From NCBI GenBank assembly GCA_043827405.1, contig JBDRPD010000020.1, positions 1 through 31,871 on the forward strand: a DNA stretch of 31,871 bases, given 5' to 3'. Below the pieces are notes generated by a model. The model saw nothing but the letters and a program-made list of their open reading frames with translations. It searched no databases and was not told the DNA's origin. Shown in pieces: positions 16,768 to 26,400 of the stretch; position 1 is the stretch's first letter, and each line of letters starts with the position of its first letter. Made by a program: the position numbers and the translations under genes. This stretch comes from Elusimicrobiota bacterium (lineage in GTDB: Bacteria > Elusimicrobiota > Elusimicrobia > UBA1565).

Positions 16768-18366
16768 TTAGGGGACCTGGATGAAGGTGAAGGGCAGGTC
16801 GGAACGGGGGACGACGACGATATGATACGGCGCCGACGGGACGGGCGCGTCCTTGGCTTCATCGACGGCGGTCCGGTAGCGGACCAGCAGGCGGCCTTCC
16901 TGTTCGGCTACCGAGACGACCTCGACGGTGCGGCTCTTGGTCATGGAGCGGTCGGCGAATATTACCACCGCCATCTCCTGGGTAAAGTCCGCCGCCGGCA
17001 GGCTGGCCGCGAACGGCACGCGCCGGTGCAGGTCGGCCCATTCCGCGGCCGTCTTCAGGACGGCGCCGCCCGCCTCGCCGAAGCCGCCGGTGCTCCCGCC
17101 CCAGGAGCGCTGCCAGGCCAAGGCGCGGTCTTTTGCCGGCGCCTCCTTGCCTGAGTCCGCGGTCGCGCCCGCTTCCGCTTCGGCGGATTTTCCAGCCTCG
17201 TCTTTTACCGCCGCCGGCATCGCTTGCGCCATGCCTAAAACCGCGGCCGGCGGCGCGGCCGGCGCCCTTTTCGGCTTCTCCACGACCTGGGATTTGACGA
17301 TGAGCATCTGCGAGGCGACGCTCTGTTTGCTTTTGGGCTTGCTGCGGGCGTTGGCTCCGGTATAGGCGATGCTGCCGGCGTCGAACTTGTCGGCGGCCTT
17401 CATCGCCGCCGGCGCGCCGACGGCCGCGCCGCGCGTCGCGCCGCCGCCCGATGCGGTCAGCAGCTTGGGCGTCCGGCCGGAGATCGGCACCGACGGCGCG
17501 CGCTTCCAGCTGGCCTGCTGATTGATCTCATAAAGGTTCTTGGTCATGCGGCGCATCGCCGTTTTTGCCTCATCCTTGGACATCGGCTTGTTTTCGACGC
17601 CGCTCCAGATGCTTTGCGGCTGATCGGGGCTCTCCTCTCCGACCGGGCCCGCCTCGACGGGCTTGATGATTTTCTTGATGCCCAGCGCTTTGGTTTGCGC
17701 GTCGAGGAAGCGGCGGAGGTCCTCGTTGCCGATCCGCGAGCGGCGGGGGGGCGGAGGCGCCGCCGGCGGCAGCGTCTGGCGCTCGCCGCGCGCCGCGCGC
17801 ATCAGCATCTCCGCCGTTTCGGGGTTGAGGTGCGACTCCGGCCGCCCGCCGCCGCCCGCAAGTCCGCGCGCGGCGGCCGCGCCCGACGCTCCGTCGTCTT
17901 CCCCGGCCAGGCCGGACCACGCGCCCTTATGGGCGACGGGCCCGCTCTTCTCACGCTCTTCCGGGAACGCCTTTTCCATCTTGGCGTCCAGCTCCAGCGA
18001 CGACATCGCCGCGGGGGGCAGGACGGCCGGCGCCAGGCGGTATTTTACCTCGCGAAAAAAGATCAGGCAGGCGATGACGCCGGTGAGCGCCAGGGCCGCC
18101 GTTTTGGTCGGGAGCGGAAACCAGGCCAGCGGCGCGGCGGCCGCTTCCTCCCGGTGCCGGCGGGCATGCAGGCGGGCCATGAAGCCGCCCGGCAATTCAT
18201 GTTCGGGCAGGGCGGCGACCATGGTGGAGACCTTGCGCAGGTCCGCCAGCTCGGCGCGGCACTCGGCGCACTTCTCCATATGCGCGTCGACGCGCCGCCG
18301 CTCGCGTTCGGAAAGCGCGTCGTCGATGTAGGCCGACAGCTCGTCTTGTACGTGTCTATCGTTCAT
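16768..18366 (-). CDS. Zinc-finger (ZAS/zf-HC2) anti-sigma factor with a C-terminal PrcB-like domain
   Basis: H...LSAYIDDAL...HMEKCAEC, a TM helix, long low-complexity region, and C-terminal AAEWADL...DFTQEMAVVIF...PYHIVVVP. Confidence 0.85.
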   Translation of the reverse strand: MNDRHVQDELSAYIDDALSERERRRVDAHMEKCAECRAELADLRKVSTMVAALPEHELPGGFMARLHARRHREEAAAAPLAWFPLPTKTAALALTGVIACLIFFREVKYRLAPAVLPPAAMSSLELDAKMEKAFPEEREKSGPVAHKGAWSGLAGEDDGASGAAAARGLAGGGGRPESHLNPETAEMLMRAARGERQTLPPAAPPPPRRSRIGNEDLRRFLDAQTKALGIKKIIKPVEAGPVGEESPDQPQSIWSGVENKPMSKDEAKTAMRRMTKNLYEINQQASWKRAPSVPISGRTPKLLTASGGGATRGAAVGAPAAMKAADKFDAGSIAYTGANARSKPKSKQSVASQMLIVKSQVVEKPKRAPAAPPAAVLGMAQAMPAAVKDEAGKSAEAEAGATADSGKEAPAKDRALAWQRSWGGSTGGFGEAGGAVLKTAAEWADLHRRVPFAASLPAADFTQEMAVVIFADRSMTKSRTVEVVSVAEQEGRLLVRYRTAVDEAKDAPVPSAPYHIVVVPRSDLPFTFIQVP

Positions 18367-18372
18367 GCGCCG

Positions 18373-18921
18373 TTATCCAGATTCTACAAAGCTCTTCAGC
18401 CGTCTCTTCAGCGCCTCGCGGGCGCGGGAGATGCGGGACTTCACCGTTCCCTCGGGCAGGTCCAAGGCCTGCGCGATCTCCTGGTACGACTGGCCCTTGA
18501 TGTCGCGCAGCACGACGACGGCGCGGCTTTCCGCGTCCAGCGTCATCAGCGCCTCGTGTACGGCCCGGGCCGACTCCTCGGTTTCGAGACCCTGGTCCAG
18601 CGGCGGCTCGCCGTCGGGCAGCGACATCTCGGGCTCGCTTTCGTCTGCGCCGAGAAACAGGCTCAGCGGCAGCGTCTTCCAGAAGCTGCGCCGCTTCTCG
18701 GAGCGTACGCGGTTCTTCCACGTATTTACGGTGATCCGGTATACCCAGGTTGTCGTAGACGATTCGCCGCGAAACTTCGGCAGCGCTTGCAGCGCCCGGA
18801 TCAGCGCGTCCTGAGCGAGGTCCTCGGCGTCCGAGGGGTTCCCGACGAGCCGAAGCGCGAGGTTGTATACCGGCTGCGCGTTCGCTTCGAGGAACTGTTC
18901 CTCGCTCGGCAGGTTAGACAC
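18373..18921 (-). CDS. ECF sigma-70 factor
   Basis: DAEDLAQD, FRGESS.TTWVYRI, SYQEIAQALDLPEGTVKSRISRAR. Probable GTG start at 18921 after GGGAG; the alternative is TTG at 18945. Confidence 0.93.
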   Translation of the reverse strand: MSNLPSEEQFLEANAQPVYNLALRLVGNPSDAEDLAQDALIRALQALPKFRGESSTTTWVYRITVNTWKNRVRSEKRRSFWKTLPLSLFLGADESEPEMSLPDGEPPLDQGLETEESARAVHEALMTLDAESRAVVVLRDIKGQSYQEIAQALDLPEGTVKSRISRAREALKRRLKSFVESG

Positions 18922-18965
18922 CCGAACTCCCTGTTCGGTTCCCAATAAAATTCATGACCGCCATA

Positions 18966-19451
18966 TCAGCGCCGCTTCAGCTTGCGCCGGAGCGTGCGTC
19001 GGACGGGCGGCGGCAGGTAAGCCTCGACCTCGGCGCCCATGCGCGTGACGTCCTTGATGATGGATGAGGATAGGTAGGTGTAGCGCTCGTCGGGCATAAG
19101 GAATACGGTTTCGGCTTCGGGATAGAGGTGGCGGTTCATCGACGCCATCTGGAACTCGAACTCCATATCGCTGACCGCGCGCAGTCCGCGGATCAGCGTA
19201 TGGGCTCCCTTTTTGCGCATATAGTCGACCAGCAGGCCGGAGAAGGAGCCCGCCTCGGCGTTGGGGATGTCCTTGATGCTCGCCCGGATCATGCCCAGGC
19301 GTTCATTGACGCTGAAGGTGTGGCGCTTGGTGGAATTGAGGGTCACCGCCACAATCACCCGGTCGAACAGCCGGGAAGCCCGCCGGGCAATGTCCACGTG
19401 GCCGTTGGTGATAGGGTCGAAGCTCCCTGGATATACCGCAATGCGCGACAT
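18966..19451 (-). CDS. coaD: Phosphopantetheine adenylyltransferase
   Basis: YPGSFDPITNGH, IRGLRAVSDMEFE, LSSS. Confidence 0.97.
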   Translation of the reverse strand: MSRIAVYPGSFDPITNGHVDIARRASRLFDRVIVAVTLNSTKRHTFSVNERLGMIRASIKDIPNAEAGSFSGLLVDYMRKKGAHTLIRGLRAVSDMEFEFQMASMNRHLYPEAETVFLMPDERYTYLSSSIIKDVTRMGAEVEAYLPPPVRRTLRRKLKRR

Positions 19452-19505
19452 AACTCCTCCGTCGTCAATGTACCAATTTTACGACGCTTTTTGTATAAAA
19501 CGGCT

Positions 19506-20621
19506 ATGCGCGATGCTTATGTCCTGGCGGGAGCGCGGACGCCCTTTACGGCCTGGTCCCGGGGCCGCCGCGGCGACGGCGGCCGCGGCGGGGCGCTGGC
19601 CGGCGTCGAGGTCTATGAGCTCGGAGCCGCCGCCCTCAGGGGGGCGCTGGAGCGGGCGCAAATGCCGCCCGCCCGCGTCGACCGCCTGGTCTTCGGCAAT
19701 ATGTACCAGGACGGGCCCTATGGCTGCTACGGCGCGCGCTATGTCGGCCGCTGGGCGGGGCTCCCGCCGGAAATTCCCTGTCTAACGCTGCACCTTTCCT
19801 GCGGCACCGGGCTGCATGCCCTCATCGAGTCGGCCCAGGATGTGCGCGACGGAGAGGCGGATATCGTGGCGACCGGCGGCGCCGATATCGCGAGCCGGCT
19901 GCCTAAAGCGGTATTTCTGCCGTCCTTTTTCGACCGCTCCTGCGATATGCTCATCGGACGAACCGCCGAGATCCTGGCACGCGACGCCGGCATCACCCGC
20001 GCGGATATGGACCGTTGGACGGCCGAGAGCCATCGCCGGGCCGGCGCGGCGCGGGCCGCCGGGCGTTTGGCCGAAGAGATCGTCCCGGTCGGAGACGTGC
20101 GCGAGGATGACGCGATTCTCACCGGCGATGTCGCCGAACGCCTGGCGGGCGCCAAGGCGCTGCGCGAAGGCGAGGGCCTGGTAACCGACGCCAATACCCA
20201 CAGCATTGTCGACGGTGCTTCGGCGCTGGTCGTGAGCGCGGACGGCGCCCGGGCCCTGGGCAAAGTGCTGGCTTGGGAATATGCGGCGGTGCCGCCGGAA
20301 AAGATGGGCCTCGCCTCGATTCCCGCCGTGCGCGGCGTGCTCAAGAAGCTCGGCGCGGCGGCGGGCGATATCGACCTCTACGATATCAACGAGACTTTCG
20401 CGGGGCAGCTGCTCCTGGATATCGGCGAGCTGGGCGTCGCCGAAGACAAGGTCAACGTCAACGGCGGGGCGCTGGCGCTCGGCCACCCCTTCGCCGGCAC
20501 CGGCTGCCGCCAGGTGCTGGCGCTGCTGCTTGAGCTGCGCCGCCGCGGCCTGCGGCGCGGCATCGCCGCGACCTGCGTCGGCGGCGGCCAAGGCGTAGCC
20601 GTGGCGCTCGAAAGCTTGTAG
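19506..20621 (+). CDS. Thiolase (acetyl-CoA C-acyltransferase family)
   Basis: ARTPF, SCGTG (catalytic Cys), INETF, NVNGGALALGHP, CVGGGQG. Confidence 0.92.
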   Translation: MRDAYVLAGARTPFTAWSRGRRGDGGRGGALAGVEVYELGAAALRGALERAQMPPARVDRLVFGNMYQDGPYGCYGARYVGRWAGLPPEIPCLTLHLSCGTGLHALIESAQDVRDGEADIVATGGADIASRLPKAVFLPSFFDRSCDMLIGRTAEILARDAGITRADMDRWTAESHRRAGAARAAGRLAEEIVPVGDVREDDAILTGDVAERLAGAKALREGEGLVTDANTHSIVDGASALVVSADGARALGKVLAWEYAAVPPEKMGLASIPAVRGVLKKLGAAAGDIDLYDINETFAGQLLLDIGELGVAEDKVNVNGGALALGHPFAGTGCRQVLALLLELRRRGLRRGIAATCVGGGQGVAVALESL

Positions 20622-20630
20622 AATGAACTT

Positions 20631-21176
20631 ATGGATCCTGTTCGCATCATTGTCAGCTTTCTCGAGATGATCCTCACCGTGGTGATGGCGGTGCTGGTCG
20701 TTTATGTGACCCTGCGCGCCATGATCCGCACCAACACGGACTTCGACGAAGACAAGGAGATCGTGAAGGGGAATATCGCGGTGGGCCTGCTGGTCGCGGC
20801 GCTGCTGCTGGCCTCGGCCAATATTATGCACCAGGCTTTCAAGCCCGTGGTGGATACCATCCATCTCTACCTGACCAGCCCGCTGATCGAATCGACCAAG
20901 CAGTGGAAGCTGGCGGCCTATGCGGTGGGCAACCTCGTTCTCGCCTACTTTATCGTCGTGTTCACGCTGTCGGCGTCGCTGCGCCTGTTCGGACGCCTGG
21001 CCCGCACCCGGAACACCCGCCCCGGCCTTGAGCTGCAGAAAGGCAACGTCGCCATCGGCGTAATTCTGGCCAGCTTCGTGCTGATCGTGTCGCTGTTCGT
21101 GGGTGAGGGGGTGGCGGCGCTGTCGAAAGCGCTTATTCCGCAGCCCTCCGTGGGCCGCATGCATATCATGCGCTGA
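20631..21176 (+). CDS. DUF350-family membrane protein (two repeats)
   Basis: Repeated EIVKGNIAVG / ELQKGNVAIG motifs; four TM segments. Confidence 0.85.
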   Translation: MDPVRIIVSFLEMILTVVMAVLVVYVTLRAMIRTNTDFDEDKEIVKGNIAVGLLVAALLLASANIMHQAFKPVVDTIHLYLTSPLIESTKQWKLAAYAVGNLVLAYFIVVFTLSASLRLFGRLARTRNTRPGLELQKGNVAIGVILASFVLIVSLFVGEGVAALSKALIPQPSVGRMHIMR

Positions 21177-21177
21177 T

Positions 21178-21744
21178 TCAGGCGCCGGGGTTGTAGCCCT
21201 TGCGTCCCCGCCGTTCGATGAAATCCGAGAAGAATGAGGGGTAGACGATTTTTCCCTGCATGCGCTTGAGCGCCCCATGGGCGAGCTCGCGCACCATGAA
21301 GTCCTCCGGCGGGATGGGGATGGCCGAGGTAAAGCCGTGCGGCGCGGCGGGCACGAAGTCGAAGCGCCGGAAATAGGCCGCCGGCCCCATGACGGTGACC
21401 AGCTCAAAGCCCATGCTCTGACAGTGCTGCAGGCCGTGGCGGATCAGGCGCTCGCCCACGCCCTGCTTCTGCATGTCCGGGCTTACCGCGATCGGGGCGA
21501 TGTGCACGCCCCTGTGCTTTTTCGCGCCGTCCTCGATGACGACCTCGAAGTACATGGCATGCCCGAAGATTTTTCCGCCCTGTTCGGCGACGACGGAAAG
21601 CAGGGGATCGAAGCTGATGTTCGCGCGCACCGAGAACAGCAGCTCCAGCTGGTCGGCTTCGCCGAAAGCCGACTGGATGATATCGGTGATGACGGCTTCG
21701 TCGGCCGCGGTCTCGGAGCGGATGATAATAGGATCGTATGCCAT
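21178..21744 (-). CDS. GNAT N-acetyltransferase (YhbS-like)
   Basis: IRSETAAD, APIAVSPDMQKQGVG, YFRRFDF, EDFMVREL. Confidence 0.9.
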   Translation of the reverse strand: MAYDPIIIRSETAADEAVITDIIQSAFGEADQLELLFSVRANISFDPLLSVVAEQGGKIFGHAMYFEVVIEDGAKKHRGVHIAPIAVSPDMQKQGVGERLIRHGLQHCQSMGFELVTVMGPAAYFRRFDFVPAAPHGFTSAIPIPPEDFMVRELAHGALKRMQGKIVYPSFFSDFIERRGRKGYNPGA

Positions 21745-21748
21745 TTTG

Positions 21749-23434
21749 CTACCAGCGCGGCAGGAAGTCGATGCCTTCCTGCTCAGCGAAGAACCAGCCG
21801 GCATAATGCGGCGTGCGCAGGTGCAGCCACCATTCCGTGTCCGGCTCCCTTAATATGGTAAAGCGGGCGCGGTCATGCTGCGGACAGGGCGCGAGGTAGA
21901 CGTTGTAGTCGCGGCGCACGAAGCACAGGCCGTCGGCGCGGTAGGACAGCACCTCCAGCTGGTCGCCTTCCAGGAATTCCAGCGGCACGGCCGCCGGCGG
22001 CTGCTCATAGCGCGGCTGCGAGACGCTGACCATGACGCCGAATGCGCGCGCCTCCAGTACGACCTTTTTGTTCGCGCGCACCAGCCCCGGCGCGCGCGTG
22101 ATGACGACGCTGTCGTCGAAGGCGATCGGCGCTCCCGGCTCCAATGCGGCGGCGACGGTCGCCGGCGCGGCACGGTCCGGCTGGGGGCTCAGGCGCAGCT
22201 TATCCGCCGTGCCGTTCCAGGCCAGCTTCGGCTTGCCGTTTCCCGGCCAGCCCGCATAGAGGAAGGGCAGAGTCGTCTTCTCCGCCGCGACCAGGCGCGG
22301 CCGCCGTTTTTTCTTCGGCGGCTGCGCCGCAACAGGTTCTGCCGGCGTGGTTGGTTCCGCCGCGATCGTCACGGCAATGCCGGCCGTTTGCGCGGCGTTC
22401 TGCACCCGCAGGGCATAGGCGCGGGTGTCCGGCCCGTCGTCGCGCGCCGCGAAGCGCGGGTCGCTGACCAGCCCGGAGCTGAGGGTCTGCAAAGCCTGGA
22501 CCGCCGGAGGGCTGCCGATAGCGGCGAGCGTCTCCGCGAGCTCGGCCAGGAGCGCCGGGTCGGCGGCGGATGCGGCGGTCTGGACGAGGGCCGGAGTCGA
22601 GCGCTCGTCACGCAGGGCGCCGAGCAGGCGCGCCGCCTGCAAGGCGGCGGAGCCCCGCTCATCAGCAAGTATATCGGTCAGGGTGTTGAGCTCGATGCGC
22701 GAAAGCGTCCGGTCGGAGAGCTTCTCTATCAGGCGCCGGCGGGTGATGGCGCTCAATACCCTGCGGCGGAGCTTGGAGCCCTTTTTATAGTAGCGCAGCA
22801 GGCGCAGCAGGGCCTCTTCGGCGCCGGCCGCCTTGGCGCGGCCCAGCGCGCTTACCGCATGCGCGGCGCTGCCGAGCGCCAGACCCTCGGGGTCCGGTCC
22901 GGCGCGCTTGGCGGCCTGTTCGGCCTGCGCGACGCGTTCGGTGCCGAGCCAGGACAACTGGGCGAGCGCTTCCCGGCGCAGGACCTCGGGCTCGGAATCG
23001 GCGGCACAGCGGTCCAGGAGCGGCCGGATCTGTGCCGGGGGCAGGCCGAGGGAACCGGCGCTGAGCAGCGCCGTCGAGCGCAGGCCCGCGTCCTCCAGCG
23101 GGTCCAGGATGCGCGCCTTGAGCGCCGGCAGGGCCGCCGGCTCGCCGAGCAGGCCCAGGAATACGGCGGCGTAGAGGCGGACTTTCAGCGGACGCTTGCT
23201 CGCGCCGACGTACCAAGCCAGCGGCCGTACGGCGTGCAGGCCGTGGGCGCGGAAGGCCTTGGAAAAGGCGCGCAGCTGCTCGTCCTTTTTTTTCGACATA
23301 AGAGGGTGCGCGGGGGAGCTTTTGAGGTAGAGCTCCTCCATTTGCCGCAGCAAGTCCTGCGGGGAGGCTTTGGGCTCGGCCGCCGCCCCGCTTTGCGCGG
23401 CGAGCAGGAGAATGGAGAGCAGCGCGCTAGCCAA
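21749..23434 (-). CDS. HEAT-repeat protein, probably exported; start uncertain
   Basis: Repeated helical units (VRLYAAVFLGLLG, LRREALAQL, AARLLGAL). A TTG at 23434 overlaps the metH stop and gives a signal-like N-terminus. Confidence 0.75.
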   Translation of the reverse strand: MASALLSILLLAAQSGAAAEPKASPQDLLRQMEELYLKSSPAHPLMSKKKDEQLRAFSKAFRAHGLHAVRPLAWYVGASKRPLKVRLYAAVFLGLLGEPAALPALKARILDPLEDAGLRSTALLSAGSLGLPPAQIRPLLDRCAADSEPEVLRREALAQLSWLGTERVAQAEQAAKRAGPDPEGLALGSAAHAVSALGRAKAAGAEEALLRLLRYYKKGSKLRRRVLSAITRRRLIEKLSDRTLSRIELNTLTDILADERGSAALQAARLLGALRDERSTPALVQTAASAADPALLAELAETLAAIGSPPAVQALQTLSSGLVSDPRFAARDDGPDTRAYALRVQNAAQTAGIAVTIAAEPTTPAEPVAAQPPKKKRRPRLVAAEKTTLPFLYAGWPGNGKPKLAWNGTADKLRLSPQPDRAAPATVAAALEPGAPIAFDDSVVITRAPGLVRANKKVVLEARAFGVMVSVSQPRYEQPPAAVPLEFLEGDQLEVLSYRADGLCFVRRDYNVYLAPCPQHDRARFTILREPDTEWWLHLRTPHYAGWFFAEQEGIDFLPRW

Positions 23435-26400
23435 GGAGCGGGGACTTCTCGACGGAAAAGTAGTGCGCCTGGGGATGGTGAAAGACAATCGCCGAGACGC
23501 TCGCTTCGGGGTCCATCATGTATTCTTCGGTCAGCGTCACGCCGATGCGGGTGTCGGGCGAGAGCAGGCGCCAAAGCTTCTCCTGGTCCGCGAGGTCGGG
23601 GCAGGCGGGATAGCCCGGGCTGACCCGGATGCCCCGGTAGCGGGCCTGGAACTTCTGCTTCAGCGTCATGTCCTGGGGGTCGGGGATGCCCCACATGGAG
23701 CGGATCTTCTCGTGCAGCAGCTCGGCGAAGCCTTCCGCGCTCTCGAGCGCCAGCGCCTGCAGGGCATGGGCCTTCATGTATTGGCCGTCCTTGATCAGGG
23801 CGTCGGCGATGCCGCGCACTCCCTGGCCGCAGGTAACGACGAAGGCCGCCGCATAATCCATCTTGCCGCTGGAGCGCTGCATGACGAAATCGGACAGGCA
23901 GCGCCCCTCGCCGCGCTGCTGGCGCGGAAAAGCGAACCGCTCCAGTTCGCGGGGCGCGGACGCGGATTCATAAAGGAGGATGTTGTCGCCCTCCGCCTGC
24001 GCCGGAAAGAAGCGGACTACGGCTTTGGGAGTCAGCAGACTCTTGTCCAGGATCTCATTTTTCAGTTCGCGTACGCGCTTGAAGAGATCGACCGCTTTTG
24101 GATCGCCGGCCTCATAGAGCGCTTCGGGCGAACCTTTAAGCCCCAGGTGGCGGCCGTAGAGCATGACGGGGTTGATGTACTGGAAAATCTCCTCGAGGTC
24201 GAAAGCGGCGAGAACATGCGGCTTGGTGTCGGGCGGCGAGGGGATATTATGGTCGTAGCTGAGCGTGCGTACGGGTGCGGCGGCGGCCGGGGAGGCGGTC
24301 GCGGAGGATCCGCCGAGCGCCGCGGCCAACTCCGCCTGGCGCTGCCGGTTCTCTTCCAGCAGGCTGTCCTTCCTTTTGGGATCGCGCAGACGGTTGACGA
24401 GGTCGAGGCCCATCATGGCGTCCTTGGCGTAAAGGACCGGGTGCGAATATTTCGGCGCGATGCGCCCGGCGGTGAACTTGGCCGAGAGCGCGGCGCCGCC
24501 GACCAGCATGGGGGCGTCGATTCCCGCGGCCGCGAGTTCCTCGGCCGCGATCGCCATCTGCTGGGCCGACTTAACCAAAAGCCCCGAGAGGCCGATGATA
24601 TCCGGCGCCTGCTCTTTGACGGCGCGGATCAGCTCTTGGGGGGGGATCTTGATGCCGAGATCGACGACATCGTAGCCGTTGTTTTTGAGGATGATGTGGA
24701 CCAGGTTCTTGCCGATATCGTGCACGTCGCCTTTGACCGTGGCGAGCAGGACCTTCCCTTTGGTTTGCACGTCGTCCTTGCTCATATGCGGTTCGAGGTG
24801 CGCGACGGCGGCCTTCATGACCTCGGCGGACTGCAGCACCTCGGCCACGATCAGCTCGTTATTGCCGAAGAGCTCTCCGACTTTGTCCATGCCCCGCATG
24901 AGCGGGCCGTTGATGATCTGCAGGGGCTTGAGCTGTTCCTTGTGCAGCAGCTCGTCGAGGCCCTCGGTCAAGCCTTCTTTGGAGCCTTCTATCACGCAGC
25001 GGGCCAGGCGTTCATGCGCGGGCAGCTGGGCGCGGTCGTCGGTCGCGCCTTCCTCGGGCTTGCGGTCGCGAAAGTGCGCGGCAAAATCGGCGATCGGGTC
25101 GGAGTCGCCCGCTCCGTCCCAGAACAGCAGGCGGTCGGCGAGGGTCTTTTCCTCATCCGGCAAGGTGGCGTAGCGGGCCAGCTTCTCGGAGTTGACGATG
25201 GCCATGTCCAGGCCGGCTTCCACGCAGTGGTGAAGAAATACCGCGTTGAGCACCTCGCGGCCGGCGGGGGGGAGGCCGAAAGAAATATTGGATATGCCGA
25301 GGACCGTCTTAATGCGCGGCAGCTCTTTTTTAATCAGGCGCAGGCCCTCTATCGTCTCGCGGGCGGAGCCGATATAGTTCCGGTCGCCGGTGGCGCAGGG
25401 AAAAACCAGCGGGTCGACCAGGATATCCTCCGGCTCGAGGCCGTGTTTTTGGGTGAGCAGGTCATGGCTGCGCCGGGCGATCGCCAGCTTGCGCTCGCGC
25501 GTGACGGCCATGCCGGCCTGCTTGTCCTCATCTATGGTGCCGACGATGACGGCCGCCCCGTAGCGGCGGATCAGCGCGCCGACCTCGGCGAAGCGCTCTT
25601 CTCCGTCTTCCAGGTTGATGGAGTTGATTATGGACTTTCCCGGACAGCGCTTAAGCGCCTCTTCGAGCACCGCCGGGTCGGTGGTGTCGATCATCAACGG
25701 CACCTTGACTTTCCGCGTCAGGAAATCGAGAAAGCGGCGCATGTCCGCGTTCTCATCCCGGTCGGGGTTCGCCAGGCAGACATCGAGGATGTGGGCGCCG
25801 CCGCGAACCTGGCGGCGGCCGATCTCGGAAGCCTTTTCAAACTCCCCGTTGACGATAATTTTCTTAAACAGCTTGGAGCCGATGACATTGGTGCGTTCGC
25901 CGACCAGAATGGGCCGCCGCTCCGCGTCGAGGGGCAGGGCTTCCAGACCGCTCACCGCGGCGGCGGGCCGCGATCGCGGCCGGCGCGGCGTCGCGGCGGC
26001 GAGCGCGGCGCACAGCGCCGCGATATGCGCCGGGGTGGTGCCGCAGCAGCCGCCGGCGATGTTGAGCCAGCCGTTCTGCTGGAAGCGCACGACCTTCTCG
26101 GCGAGCATCTCGGGCGACTCGTTGTAGTTGCCCTCCTCGTCGGGCAGGCCGGCGTTGGGATAGCAGACCACCGGGAAGCGCGAGAGGCCCGCCAGGGTGC
26201 GCAGGTGATCGGTCATGAAGTCCGGGCCGGTCGCGCAGTTAAGGCCTACGCCGAGCAGGTCGAAGTGGGAGATCGAGTGATACAGGGCTTCCGCGGTCTG
26301 TCCCCCGAGCATGGTGCCCATGGTTTCGACCGAGATCGAAAGCATGATGGGAAGGGAACGGCCGGCCGCCGCGAAGGCGTCGGCAAAGCCGTGCAGCGAG

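Noticed and set aside
19128..19505. N-terminal extension of the thiolase in the ORF track
   Set aside because: It overlaps coaD on the opposite strand; thiolase homology starts at the ATG at 19506.
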